Positions 22,127 to 32,411 of a DNA stretch of 64,000 nt are shown piece by piece. Position numbers and translations under genes: made by a program. The notes beneath the pieces were generated by a model. That model did no database searches. It saw nothing but the letters and a program-made list of their open reading frames with translations, and had not been told where the DNA came from. Where the stretch lies: assembly GCA_014190435.1 (NCBI GenBank), contig BJGJ01000003.1, positions 5,552 through 69,551 on the forward strand. Reading direction: 5' to 3'. The DNA is from Methylocystaceae bacterium (GTDB taxonomy: Bacteria > Pseudomonadota > Alphaproteobacteria > Rhizobiales > Beijerinckiaceae). The stretch's first letter is position 1, and each line of letters starts with the position of its first letter.

Positions 22127-22858
22127 TCATCCAAGGGATCCCAAATTGGGAAAAAGCTCTAACAGCCAAAAAGACATTTCCTGAATGCCGCCTGTCAAGA
22201 AGGAGATTCCGGTGAGGATCAACATAAAGCCAACAAGCTTCTCAACTTTGCCGAAGTGTTTGCGAAAGCGCGCGACAAAATTCAAGAAGCGTCCAAGCGC
22301 CATGCCGGCGATGATAAAGGGGAGGCCGAGCCCCAGTGAATAAGTGGCGAGCAGTAAAGCGCCGCGCGTCACCGTATCTTGAGCGCTCGCAACAGCGAGG
22401 ATCGCCGCTAAGATCGGTCCGATACAAGGGGTCCAGCCAAAGGCAAAAGCAAGTCCCATGACATAGGCCCCTAAGAGACCCATTGGTTTTGTGATTTCTG
22501 CGCGTTTTTCTCGGTAAAGTAGGTCGACCTTCAACAAGCCAACAAAATGTAGGCCCATCAGAATAATTGCGCCGCCAGCAAGCCAGGATAAAAGATGAAG
22601 ATTGCTGCGAATGAGTGAGCCAAAGATGCTGGCGGTTGCGCCCAAGGCAACAAATACTGTGGAAAAACCAAAGACGAAGAGAATTGCCGAGCGGGTTATG
22701 TCGCGGCGCGCTTCCGAGCGCGTTTCAATCTCGAGATCCTCGATGCTCACGCCAGCGAGATAGGTCAAATAAGGCGGCACCAGCGGCAGAACGCAAGGCG
22801 AGAGAAAAGACAAAATACCCGCAACCGCTGCTGCGGGAAATGTAACGTCAGCCGCCAT
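22127..22858 (-). CDS. ccdA: Cytochrome c biogenesis protein CcdA (DsbD TM domain)
   Basis: LSFLSPCVLPLVP and FGWTPCIGPIL; start re-called at ATG 22858. Confidence 0.92.
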   Translation of the reverse strand: MAADVTFPAAAVAGILSFLSPCVLPLVPPYLTYLAGVSIEDLEIETRSEARRDITRSAILFVFGFSTVFVALGATASIFGSLIRSNLHLLSWLAGGAIILMGLHFVGLLKVDLLYREKRAEITKPMGLLGAYVMGLAFAFGWTPCIGPILAAILAVASAQDTVTRGALLLATYSLGLGLPFIIAGMALGRFLNFVARFRKHFGKVEKLVGFMLILTGISFLTGGIQEMSFWLLELFPNLGSLG

Positions 22859-22937
22859 TTTTGCCTCAACAATGATTTCAGCATTTCTGCCACAGGCGCG
22901 AGCGCGACGCAAAGCGCTTTAACCGAGCCGCCCGGGT

Positions 22938-24179
22938 TTAGAAACGGTCGGCGCGATAGGGTCTTGGATCGATAAAGGGACTTTCGCCTGTCATGATTTC
23001 CGCAAGCAGTCGCCCAGTTACAGGACCTAACGTTAAGCCGTGGTGAGCGTGGCCGAAGTTAAACCATAAGCCTTTATGTTTTGGCGCTGGCCCGATTACG
23101 GGCAACATATCCGGCAAACAGGGTCGAGCGCCCATCCAGGGCGCTGGATCGAGCCTGTCGCCTAACGGCGCAAGGTTATGGGCGAGGGGTTCGCAGCGAT
23201 CAATTTGAATAGGTGTTGGCGGCGCATCTCGATTGGCGAATTCGGCGCCGGTAGTAAGACGAACGCCGCGTGTCATAGGCGCGAGAAGAAATCCATGATC
23301 TGCATCTAGAATAGGATGAAATAATTGACGATCTTTCTGCAACGCATAATGCATATGATAGCCGCGTTTGACGCCAAGAGGAATCTGATAGCCAAGGGGG
23401 CGATAGATTTGATCAGACCATGGTCCTAAAGCAACAACGATATCATAGGCGAAGAGATGACCTTGCGTCATTTCTAACCGCCAGCCCCGCGCATATTGCT
23501 CAAGCGTACGCGCGTCCCCCGCGATAAAGTGACCGCCGCGCGCTAGAAAAAGATCTAAATAGGCCTGAGACAATGCTGCCGGATCAGTGACTGAAGCCGT
23601 ATCAAGAAAATGCAATGCGCCATGGGGAGGCGTCAGATGGGGCTCACGTTTGAGCACGTCTCGCGCATCTAAGATATCAACAGAAAGTCCGAAGCTTTTG
23701 AGTTTTTCTGCATCGCGCGCGCCAGCGTCAAAGCTTGATGCAGCATGAAAAATTTTTAGCCATCCTGAAGGACGAATGAGGCCTTGGGCGCCCGCGGCCG
23801 CTGACAGAGGCGCGTGTTCTGCAAGGCACTGTTCGATTAAAGGTCTAAAAGCAGCAAAGCTTCTGGCCGCGCCCGATGGGCCGCTTTCGCGAAAATATCG
23901 CCACAGCCAGGGAAATATGGTTGGTAGCGCTGAGGGGTGATAATGCGCCTCTGGCGCTAAGTTAAAAGCATAACGGATAAGTTTGTTTGCTGAATGAGGA
24001 AAGAAATAAGGAAAGATGGATGAGCGTTCAATAAGCCCGGCGTTGCCGAAACTTGTCTCTTGTCCAGGCGCGGCGTGACGATCAAGAATAACAACCTCGC
24101 GTCCGCGCGCTTGCAGATGCAGCGCGGCGCTGAGACCAACGATGCCAGCTCCCAAGACTGCCACATCAGCTTTTTGCAT
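22938..24179 (-). CDS. FAD-dependent oxidoreductase, D-amino acid dehydrogenase family
   Basis: GAGIVG, TSFGNAG, KRGYH, WMGARP, GHAHHGLTLGP. Confidence 0.88.
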   Translation of the reverse strand: MQKADVAVLGAGIVGLSAALHLQARGREVVILDRHAAPGQETSFGNAGLIERSSIFPYFFPHSANKLIRYAFNLAPEAHYHPSALPTIFPWLWRYFRESGPSGAARSFAAFRPLIEQCLAEHAPLSAAAGAQGLIRPSGWLKIFHAASSFDAGARDAEKLKSFGLSVDILDARDVLKREPHLTPPHGALHFLDTASVTDPAALSQAYLDLFLARGGHFIAGDARTLEQYARGWRLEMTQGHLFAYDIVVALGPWSDQIYRPLGYQIPLGVKRGYHMHYALQKDRQLFHPILDADHGFLLAPMTRGVRLTTGAEFANRDAPPTPIQIDRCEPLAHNLAPLGDRLDPAPWMGARPCLPDMLPVIGPAPKHKGLWFNFGHAHHGLTLGPVTGRLLAEIMTGESPFIDPRPYRADRF

Positions 24180-24518
24180 CCTCTTCTCCAATTATACCCA
24201 CGCCCGCCAATAATTATGCAATCAATATGCTAGCAGTCGAAACTGCGTGGTTAGGAAAGATACGCTATTGACTGTCCTAATGCGCAGATTTCTCTATTTT
24301 GACTTATAAGTGCTTGATCTTCAAAGAGGCTATTGAGAAAGTTCAGCCAGAACATCGCCCTTGGCTTATTTTGGCGTGTCTTTGGGGTTAAGAAGGGCGT
24401 GCATTGACCCCGCTCTCTGAATTTGCGAACCGAAAGTTTCGGGCGTTGGGGTCAGGGCTGAATCGTTTTTGACCGATGCTTGTTCCTTTCAGCTTTTTCA
24501 ATCGCTTCATGAGGTTAC

Positions 24519-25853
24519 ATGATTCCTCGTTATTCTCGCCCAGAAATGACGCTCATTTGGGAGCCTCAAACAAGATTTCGGATCTGGTTTGAAATTGAAG
24601 CGCATGCTTGTGACGCTTTGGCGGAACTTGGAGTCATTCCCAAAGAGAGCGCGCAGAATATTTGGGACAAAGCAAATAATGTTATTTTTGATGTCGCTAG
24701 AATTGACGAAATAGAGCGTGAAACAAAGCATGATGTTATTGCTTTTTTGACCCATCTTGCAGAATTTATCGGTCCCGACTCACGCTTTGTCCATCAAGGC
24801 ATGACCAGTTCAGATGTGATCGATACATGCCTCTCTGTGCAGCTGACGCGCGCGGCTGACCTGCTCATTGCTGATCTAGACGGCCTGCTAAGTGCGCTAA
24901 AAAAGCGTGCTTATGAACACAAGTTAACTCCAACAATTGGTCGCTCTCACGGCATTCATGCCGAGCCGGTGACGTTTGGTTTAAAATTAGCTCAAGCCTA
25001 TGCAGAGTTCTGTCGTAACCGCGAGCGTCTCATTCAAGCACGCAAAGAAATTGCGGTATGTGCAATTTCAGGCGCTGTAGGCACATTTGCAAATATTGAT
25101 CCGGATGTTGAGTCTTATGTCGCGTCCAAAATGGGTCTCACGGCAGAGCCCATCTCGACACAAGTCATACCCCGTGATCGGCACGCAGCATTCTTTGCCA
25201 CGCTTGCTATAGTCGCATCATCTATCGAAAGAGTCGCGATTGAGGTGCGTCATCTTCAGCGTACAGAAGTGTTAGAAGTAGAGGAATATTTCTCTGCAGG
25301 CCAGAAGGGCTCTTCGGCAATGCCGCACAAGCGCAATCCTGTGCTCACTGAGAATCTTACAGGACTTGCGCGTCTGGTTCGGGGAATGGCGTTGCCAGCA
25401 ATGGAAAATGTAGCTTTATGGCACGAGCGCGATATTTCTCATTCCTCGGTTGAGCGAATGATTGCTCCGGACGCAACAATTACGTTAGATTTTGCCTTAG
25501 TCCGGCTAACGAATGTGATAGAGAATCTTTTAGTTTATCCAGATAATATGCAAAAGAATTTAGACAAACTTGGAGGCTTGGTTCATTCTCAGCGCATATT
25601 GCTGGCTTTAACGCAAAAAGGCGTATCGCGAGAAGAGGCCTATGCTTTGGTGCAACGTAACGCCATGAAAGTATGGAAAAGAGCGTTTGAGGGCGGCGTA
25701 TTGTCCGAGGGAGAAGGCGATTTCCGCGCGTTGCTTGGCGCAGATGCGGAAGTAAGCGCTAAGCTCACAGCTGCGGAGCTCGACGCGCTGTTTGATCTTA
25801 CGTATCATTTTAAACATGTAGATGATATTTTTAAAAGAGTTTTTAGTTCATAG
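24519..25853 (+). CDS. purB: Adenylosuccinate lyase
   Basis: MIPRYSR, GRSHGIHAEP, GSSAMPHKRNP, WHERDISHSSVER. Confidence 0.97.
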   Translation: MIPRYSRPEMTLIWEPQTRFRIWFEIEAHACDALAELGVIPKESAQNIWDKANNVIFDVARIDEIERETKHDVIAFLTHLAEFIGPDSRFVHQGMTSSDVIDTCLSVQLTRAADLLIADLDGLLSALKKRAYEHKLTPTIGRSHGIHAEPVTFGLKLAQAYAEFCRNRERLIQARKEIAVCAISGAVGTFANIDPDVESYVASKMGLTAEPISTQVIPRDRHAAFFATLAIVASSIERVAIEVRHLQRTEVLEVEEYFSAGQKGSSAMPHKRNPVLTENLTGLARLVRGMALPAMENVALWHERDISHSSVERMIAPDATITLDFALVRLTNVIENLLVYPDNMQKNLDKLGGLVHSQRILLALTQKGVSREEAYALVQRNAMKVWKRAFEGGVLSEGEGDFRALLGADAEVSAKLTAAELDALFDLTYHFKHVDDIFKRVFSS

Positions 25854-25901
25854 ATTGCTATTTGTTCTCTAAGAAAAATATGAGGTCTTAAGTCACGCGT
25901 C

Positions 25902-26984
25902 ATGATCTGGATTTTTTTTGCTCTTCTGTCTGGCGCGGCTGTGATGGCGATCTTAACGCCCTTGGCTCGAAGTAATGTCGCGCGGGATGAAAAGACAGCC
26001 GATCTCGCATTTTTTGAAAATCAAATTTCCGAAATTAATCACGATCTTACGCAAGGGCGTTTGCTTCCAGAAGAAGCGGAGACAGCGCGCGCTGAGGCAG
26101 CGCGAAGATTATTGCGCCAGCAGTTGCAACCTGGAACGCAAGTCGCGCAGTCGCGTATGCTTTCATTGGCGGCGGCGCTTCTCGCGATCATCTTTATTCC
26201 CGCCACAGCTATTGGTTTTTATCTCTTTCTTGGCAACGCCAAATTAGAGGATATGCCACTAGCGGAGCGATTAAAGGCTGCGCCAAATCCAGCTGATCTT
26301 GCGGGAGCTGTTGCGCGGATTGAACGACATTTAATTGAACATCCTGATGATGGACGTGGATATGAAGTTGTTGCGCCATATTTGTTGCGCACAGGTCGAG
26401 GCGAGGACGCGATACGCGCTTATGCAGAAGCATTAAGGCTGCTTGGGCCAACAGCTGCGCGTCATGCTGCGTTAGGTGAAGCGCGAACAATTGTTGCGCA
26501 AGGTCGCGTAACGCCGCTTGCTCAGCAAGACTTTGAGGCCGCGCTTAATCTCGACCCAAATTTTGCCATGGCAACTTATTATCTCGGTCTTTCGGCGATG
26601 CAGTCGGGATCAAGAGATCAGGCAATAGAGATATTTACAAAATTAATAGCCCAAGCCCCACCTAATGCGCCCTATTTTGAGGCGGTAAAATCACAACTAG
26701 ACATTTTACGTAGCGGCGAACCCGCAGATGAACGCAGCCAGGCGATTGCACAGTTGCCAGACCAAGAGCGCCTTAAGGTAATTCGGCAGATGGTTGACCG
26801 TTTGGCGACGCGTTTGTCAGTAAAAGGCAATGATGCGGAGGGTTGGTTGAAACTCATACGCGCCTATCGCGTATTATCGGAAACTGAAAAAGCGCAGCAA
26901 GCAATAAAGGATGCGCGAAAAGCCTTTGCAGGCGATAAAGCGGCGCTGATGCGCATTGACGCTTTAGCAAAAGACGCCAATTGA
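25902..26984 (+). CDS. ccmI: Cytochrome c biogenesis factor CcmI/CycH (TPR)
   Basis: Two TM segments, EAARRLL, TPR-like repeats, MVDRLA.RL C-terminal domain; directly upstream of ccmE. Confidence 0.88.
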   Translation: MIWIFFALLSGAAVMAILTPLARSNVARDEKTADLAFFENQISEINHDLTQGRLLPEEAETARAEAARRLLRQQLQPGTQVAQSRMLSLAAALLAIIFIPATAIGFYLFLGNAKLEDMPLAERLKAAPNPADLAGAVARIERHLIEHPDDGRGYEVVAPYLLRTGRGEDAIRAYAEALRLLGPTAARHAALGEARTIVAQGRVTPLAQQDFEAALNLDPNFAMATYYLGLSAMQSGSRDQAIEIFTKLIAQAPPNAPYFEAVKSQLDILRSGEPADERSQAIAQLPDQERLKVIRQMVDRLATRLSVKGNDAEGWLKLIRAYRVLSETEKAQQAIKDARKAFAGDKAALMRIDALAKDAN

Positions 26985-27002
26985 GATGATGAGAGGTCAA
27001 AG

Positions 27003-27443
27003 ATGACGCGTAAAAGCAAAAGGCTGACGCTGATTGTCGGGGCGCTGGCGATGCTGGGCGTTGCTGCAGGGCTCATCTTATTTGCCTTACGCGATAATAT
27101 CGTTTTTTTTTATACCCCATCAGAACTGGCTCAAAAAACTCTCAAGCCCGGCGTGAGATTAAGAATTGGGGGTCTGGTGAAGCAAGGCAGCGTTGTTAAA
27201 AGCGGTGCTCAGGACGTGGTTTTCATAATTACGGATAAAACTGCAGATCTTGCCGTATCCTACACAGGCCTTCTGCCAGATTTATTTCGGGAGGCGCAGG
27301 GAGTCGTCGCTGATGGCGTCTTGCTTCAAGATGGCTCCTTCCGGGCTGATAGCGTGCTTGCTAAACATGACGAAAAATATATGCCGCGCGATGTCGCGGA
27401 CGCGTTAAAAAAACAAGGCGTATGGCAAGGCGAAAAAAAGTGA
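27003..27443 (+). CDS. ccmE: Heme chaperone CcmE/CycJ
   Basis: RIGGLV, LPDLFRE, heme-binding LAKHDEKY. Confidence 0.96.
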   Translation: MTRKSKRLTLIVGALAMLGVAAGLILFALRDNIVFFYTPSELAQKTLKPGVRLRIGGLVKQGSVVKSGAQDVVFIITDKTADLAVSYTGLLPDLFREAQGVVADGVLLQDGSFRADSVLAKHDEKYMPRDVADALKKQGVWQGEKK

Positions 27444-27450
27444 GCTCTCA

Positions 27451-29427
27451 ATGATTGTTGAGTCCGGACATTTTGCGCTGGCGTTAGCCTTGGCGCTAGC
27501 GCTCGCGCAAAGCATTATTCCGTTCGTTGGCGCACGATTAAATGATGTCGCCTTAATGCGGGTGGCTCGTCCGTCGGCGCTTGCGCAATTTCTACTCGTC
27601 GCTTTTTCCTATAGCGCGCTCACTTATGCCCATATCGTATCAGATTTTTCACTTGTAAATGTGATTGAAAATTCACATTCGATGAAGCCTTTTATATATA
27701 AAATTTCTGGGGTCTGGGGCAATCACGAAGGCTCTATGTTGCTTTGGGTTCTCGTACTTTCTTTTTGTGGCGCGCTTGTTGCGCTATTTTCAGCAACAAT
27801 GTCAGACAAGTTACGCGCCGACGCCTTGAGCGTTCAAGGATTGATCAGCGCTGCCTTTTTGCTATTTATTCTACTCACCTCAAACCCCTTTACGCGGGTC
27901 TCGCCTGCGCCTTGGGAGGGGAGAGATCTCAATCCAATCTTGCAAGATCCCGGATTAGCAATTCACCCTCCCTTGCTCTACCTCGGATATGTCGGTTTCT
28001 CGATTGTTTTTTCATTTGCCGCAGCAGCGCTCATCAGTGGACGCATAGATGCCGCATGGGCGCGCGTCGTGCGGCCCTGGACCCTTTTGGCTTGGATCGC
28101 GCTGACGCTTGGGATCGCGATGGGATCTTATTGGGCTTATTACACCTTGGGTTGGGGCGGATTTTGGTTTTGGGATCCAGTTGAAAACGCCTCGCTCATG
28201 CCATGGCTGGCGGGTACGGCGCTGCTTCACAGCGCAGCAGTAATGGAAAAGCGCGAAGCGCTTAAAATTTGGACTCTCTTTCTATCTATCTTGGCGTTTT
28301 CACTTTCTCTTTTGGGCACATTTCTCGTACGGTCTGGCGTCCTGACTTCTGTGCATAGTTTCGCCAGTGATCCAGAGCGAGGCGTTTTTATTCTTGCTAT
28401 TTTAATCTTCTTTATTGGCGGTGCGTTGGCGCTTTTCGCCTTGCGCGCCGGCGCGTTGCCGGTTGGAGGACTTTTTGCGCCTATTTCTCGCGAAGGCGCA
28501 TTAGTAATTAATAATCTTCTACTGTCGGTAATTTGCGCTACAGTTGTCATTGGCACGCTGTACCCCTTAGCGCTTGAAGCGTTAACAGGCGAAAAGATTT
28601 CAGTGGGCGCGCCGTTCTTTAATGGTGTGTTGATGCCAATCGCATTGCCGTTGGCTTTGTTAATGCCGATCGGTCAAATGCTGCCTTGGAAGCGGGGTGA
28701 TCTTTCCGCAGCGCTCTCTCGATTGCGCGTAGCCTTTTTAATTGGCATTGCCGCCCTCGCTGTTTTTTTGGCTTCCTATGGTGCGCCTTATCTGTCCGTA
28801 ATTACAGCCTCAATCGCTCTTTATCTTATTGTGGGAGGTTTAAGCGATCTCTTTCAGCGAGTAACTGTTCGTAACGATGGCGCGCGGGCAACTTTAACGC
28901 GCTTAAGTCATGTGCCGCTTTCTGCTTTGGGCGCTTCAATTGCTCACGCAGGCGTTGGCCTCACCTTACTGGGGCTTGCTGCAACGGGATGGGGCGTGGA
29001 AAGCGTCATCGCAATGGCTCCTCTAAAAGCTTATGAGGTTGGGCCCTATCAACTTATGATTGAAGAAATAACCCCGCGCCAGGGTCCCAATTATTCCGAA
29101 ATCTACGCCCAGATGACTGTTCAAAAGCAAGGCGTGACTCTTGGTCGTATCGAACCTGCTAAACGTTTTTATCAGACACGTAAAATGGCGCGCTCTGAGG
29201 CGGGAATCCTAACCATTGGGTTAGGTCAGGTCTATGTGGCTATTGGCGAATCTCATCCAGATGGAACCTTAGATGCGCGCCTCTATTACAAGCCGCTAGT
29301 GACCTTAATATGGGTTGGTGCTTTGATTATGGCTTTGGGCGGCGCTTGCTCTTTAGCCGACAGGCGGTTGCGAATTGGCGTTGCGCGTCGATCGATCGCA
29401 TTGCGGGGGGGGGAGGCTCCGACGTGA
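27451..29427 (+). CDS. ccmF: Heme lyase CcmF/CycK
   Basis: WGNHEGS, HPPLLYLGY, WGGFWFWDPVENAS, SVHSFA. Confidence 0.97.
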   Translation: MIVESGHFALALALALALAQSIIPFVGARLNDVALMRVARPSALAQFLLVAFSYSALTYAHIVSDFSLVNVIENSHSMKPFIYKISGVWGNHEGSMLLWVLVLSFCGALVALFSATMSDKLRADALSVQGLISAAFLLFILLTSNPFTRVSPAPWEGRDLNPILQDPGLAIHPPLLYLGYVGFSIVFSFAAAALISGRIDAAWARVVRPWTLLAWIALTLGIAMGSYWAYYTLGWGGFWFWDPVENASLMPWLAGTALLHSAAVMEKREALKIWTLFLSILAFSLSLLGTFLVRSGVLTSVHSFASDPERGVFILAILIFFIGGALALFALRAGALPVGGLFAPISREGALVINNLLLSVICATVVIGTLYPLALEALTGEKISVGAPFFNGVLMPIALPLALLMPIGQMLPWKRGDLSAALSRLRVAFLIGIAALAVFLASYGAPYLSVITASIALYLIVGGLSDLFQRVTVRNDGARATLTRLSHVPLSALGASIAHAGVGLTLLGLAATGWGVESVIAMAPLKAYEVGPYQLMIEEITPRQGPNYSEIYAQMTVQKQGVTLGRIEPAKRFYQTRKMARSEAGILTIGLGQVYVAIGESHPDGTLDARLYYKPLVTLIWVGALIMALGGACSLADRRLRIGVARRSIALRGGEAPT

Positions 29428-29921
29428 GCAAAATTTATAAGCTCATGCTTGGCGCTTTTTTTGTCCTATCTGCGTCAGCTTCATTTGCCGTGACCCCTGA
29501 AGAAATGCTCAGGGATCCAAAGCTCGAAACGCGCGCGCGCGCGATCGCTGCTCAATTAAGATGTCTGGTTTGTCAAAACCAATCGATTGACGATTCAGAT
29601 GCATCGCTAGCTAAAGATCTACGTTTACTTGTTCGGGAAAAACTTAACGAGGGCCTGAGCGACGCGCAGGTGCTTGACTATATCCATGCGCGCTACGGCG
29701 ATTTTGTCCTGTTACGTCCACCCTTCAAGCTCGGCACCTTTTTGCTGTGGGCTTCGCCAGCCCTGGCGCTCATTGGCGGAGGCGGGGCTGTTTGGTGGAA
29801 TTTGCGTCGCCGCCGGGCGGAGATGTCGGCTGGAACAACGTTGACAGAAGAGGAGCGCCATCAGCTCTCAGCATTGGGAGCCAAGGTTTGGGACCAGGAT
29901 CACCCCCCCTTAGCGGACTAG
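29424..29921 (+). CDS. ccmH: Cytochrome c biogenesis protein CcmH/CycL
   Basis: LRCLVCQNQSIDDS, RYGDFVL; GTG at 29424 overlaps the ccmF stop. Confidence 0.93.
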   Translation: MSKIYKLMLGAFFVLSASASFAVTPEEMLRDPKLETRARAIAAQLRCLVCQNQSIDDSDASLAKDLRLLVREKLNEGLSDAQVLDYIHARYGDFVLLRPPFKLGTFLLWASPALALIGGGGAVWWNLRRRRAEMSAGTTLTEEERHQLSALGAKVWDQDHPPLAD

Positions 29922-30014
29922 CCCCTATCCAAGTCTGGCGCGCTGCAATATAGGGGTACCGATCGATATCGCGCCGCCTTTGTCTGCGGCCCACTCGAAG
30001 CGAGTACAAAGACT

Positions 30015-30269
30015 ATGGCCCAACATTCCACGCCCCACTATCACAACCAGCCAGGCGTCGCCCGCGTTCTCGTTGGGGCTAAGGAATTTATGTGCATTGG
30101 CGCTTTGCCGCCCTTCGATCATCCGCATGTCTATATTGATATGGGTGCGGCAAATGAAACCGTGTGTCCCTATTGTTCAACCCTATACGTCTATGACGCG
30201 AGCTTACATGGTGGCGCTCATCCTGCTGAATGTGTCTATGAACATGAAAAATTGGTCAGTGCTGAGTGA
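30015..30269 (+). CDS. zf-CHCC zinc-finger protein (NDUFS6-like)
   Basis: CIGALPPFDHPHVYIDMG...CPYC. Confidence 0.88.
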   Translation: MAQHSTPHYHNQPGVARVLVGAKEFMCIGALPPFDHPHVYIDMGAANETVCPYCSTLYVYDASLHGGAHPAECVYEHEKLVSAE

Positions 30270-30308
30270 GGTCGATTTGCGCTTTGACGACATCTAAGTG
30301 AGGTCGTT

Positions 30309-31484
30309 TTGAACGCGCCAATTGTGATTGCTGGCGCTGGCGTTGGGGGACTTACTGCAGCGCTTGCTTTGGCTCAGGCTGGCAAAAAAATCCTGCTTTT
30401 AGAGCGTGCAGCTAAAATTGAGGAAATTGGCGCGGGTCTTCAAATTGCACCTAACGCCGGACGCATATTAGCGCAACTTGGTCTCGAGCCAGAATTAAAT
30501 GAACTGGGTCTCGAGCCGCAAGCAATCAATATTCGAGATAACAATGCGCGCCTCCTTGCGCGCCTCGACCTTACGGTTGCGCGTGAACGTTGGGGCGCGC
30601 CGTTTCGACTATTTCACCGCGCTGATCTACAACAGCTCCTTTTGAATAAGGTCTCCAGCCATCCAAGCGTCACGATTCAGACTAACGCGCGTTTAGACAT
30701 TTTCGAAGCCATAAAGAATGGGGTAAATCTTCAGTATAAAGGCACCGCGGGCACTGTAACGCTTACCAGCGCTGGATTAGTAGGCGCAGATGGCCTGCGG
30801 TCAATTGTGCGGGATAGAATGGTGAACGCGCCAAGGGATGCGCTGTCTTACGCAGGTTCAGTTGCGTGGCGCGCATTGGTGCCAGCTGATGAAGTCTTTG
30901 AAGTTTTTCGTCGTAGAGAAAGCAATCTTTGGCTGCTGCCAGGCGGACATGTTGTGCATTATCCATTACGTGACGGGAAAATAATCAATATTGTTGTAAT
31001 TCTTGATGCGCCGTTAGGTGAGGACGCAGAACAAGAAATTGATGGCGATACGCTAAGGAAACGCATTATTTCTCATGGTGCTTCTGACGGGCTGGCTGAG
31101 CTTATTTCCGCTGCTCCCTTATGGCGTCGATGGCCTTTCTTCGTGCGTCCATCATTAAAGAATTGGACGCAGGATTGCGTAACTTTACTGGGCGATGCGG
31201 CGCATCCGATGCTGCCATTTCTTGCACAAGGTGCAGCGCAGGCTATTGAAGACGCCTTTGTGCTGGGACAAGCGTTTACCGCATCTGATATTAGCGCAGA
31301 GCGCGCCTTTCAAGCTTATGAAGAAATCAGAAAGAAACGCGCCCAAAAGGTGGTCGCCGCCTCCCGTCAACAAGGCCGTTATTTCCATCAAGCAGGGATA
31401 TTGGCGTTAGCGCGCAATGTCGCTATCGGCGCATTAGGCGGCAAAGGTATGCTGGCGCGTAATGCTTGGCTGTATCGTCGGTAG
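30309..31484 (+). CDS. FAD-dependent monooxygenase (salicylate hydroxylase-like)
   Basis: GAGVGGL, GADG, LLGDAAHPMLPFLAQGAAQAIEDA. Confidence 0.88.
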   Translation: MNAPIVIAGAGVGGLTAALALAQAGKKILLLERAAKIEEIGAGLQIAPNAGRILAQLGLEPELNELGLEPQAINIRDNNARLLARLDLTVARERWGAPFRLFHRADLQQLLLNKVSSHPSVTIQTNARLDIFEAIKNGVNLQYKGTAGTVTLTSAGLVGADGLRSIVRDRMVNAPRDALSYAGSVAWRALVPADEVFEVFRRRESNLWLLPGGHVVHYPLRDGKIINIVVILDAPLGEDAEQEIDGDTLRKRIISHGASDGLAELISAAPLWRRWPFFVRPSLKNWTQDCVTLLGDAAHPMLPFLAQGAAQAIEDAFVLGQAFTASDISAERAFQAYEEIRKKRAQKVVAASRQQGRYFHQAGILALARNVAIGALGGKGMLARNAWLYRR

Positions 31485-31787
31485 CAAAGAATTTGGATGC
31501 GTGCGGGTTAAATTAACCAAAAGGGCCGCCTTATTCTTTACCTTCATGAAGAGAAAGTAAATTTTATGGCTGCAAGGTCAGGCGCGGATCAGTGGGTTAA
31601 TATTAAATAATTCAGCGGGAACAAGTGATTAAGCAAGGCATGCCTTGGCGGATAGGCAGGATAAGTAAAAATTAATCTTACCCCCAGTCAACGCAAATCT
31701 AAACGACATTGCATAAAATGCGTTGGAATTCGTTTTCATAAAAGAAAACCATCCACGCTAATCTCTCTCCATCAAAGGGAGCGAGAG

Positions 31788-32411
31788 ATGCGTGGTTTTT
31801 TTGCTAAGAAGGTTTTTGTTTTGACCGTTGCTGCGGCTGCGCTCCTGACGCAAACCAATAGCGGCTTAGCTGCGATTGATCCTGCAGCAATCACCCCTCT
31901 TGGCCTAGAGACGAGTATTCCATTTGGTTGGGTTGAGTTATGCCAGCGTTACCCGGAAGAGTGCCAAGAAAATGATCAGACCGCTCAGGATATTAATTTA
32001 ACGCCGGCGGCGCTGCGGAAGATTTTTCAAATTAATTTACAGGTAAATAAATCAATTGAACCCGTTACGGATCAGGATCAATGGGGCGTTATCGATCAGT
32101 GGGACTTTCCAACTCAAGGGCGGGGAGACTGCGAGGATTATGCTCTTTTGAAACGTCAAAAGCTCATAGAGTCGGGCTTTCCAAAATCAGCATTGTTGCT
32201 CACCGTCGTAAAGGAACCAAATGGCGATGGTCATTCCGTTCTGACGCTTAAGACGGATCGCGGAGATTATGTGTTAGATAATCTCAACAATCAGGTTAAG
32301 CCCTGGAATAAAGCAAATTATCGTTTCGTAAAACGTCAATCGCAGATTAATCCGAATGTTTGGCTTGCAATCGAGACTGGGTCAACTGTTGCTCTTTATG
32401 GTGCTAATTAA
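31788..32411 (+). CDS. Periplasmic transglutaminase-like cysteine peptidase (BTLCP, C93)
   Basis: Signal peptide; triad motifs GDCEDYA, GH.VL and VLDN. Confidence 0.92.
   Translation: MRGFFAKKVFVLTVAAAALLTQTNSGLAAIDPAAITPLGLETSIPFGWVELCQRYPEECQENDQTAQDINLTPAALRKIFQINLQVNKSIEPVTDQDQWGVIDQWDFPTQGRGDCEDYALLKRQKLIESGFPKSALLLTVVKEPNGDGHSVLTLKTDRGDYVLDNLNNQVKPWNKANYRFVKRQSQINPNVWLAIETGSTVALYGAN

Noticed and set aside
29405-29413. G9 tract at the 3' end of ccmF as a phase-variation site
   Set aside because: It lies in the last few codons, the frame is intact, and the stop overlaps the ccmH GTG as expected.
30265-30306. 10-nt direct repeat AGTGAGGTCG x2 between the zinc-finger and monooxygenase genes
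   Set aside because: Only two short copies, one overlapping a stop codon and one serving as a likely RBS; not CRISPR-like or a target-site duplication.
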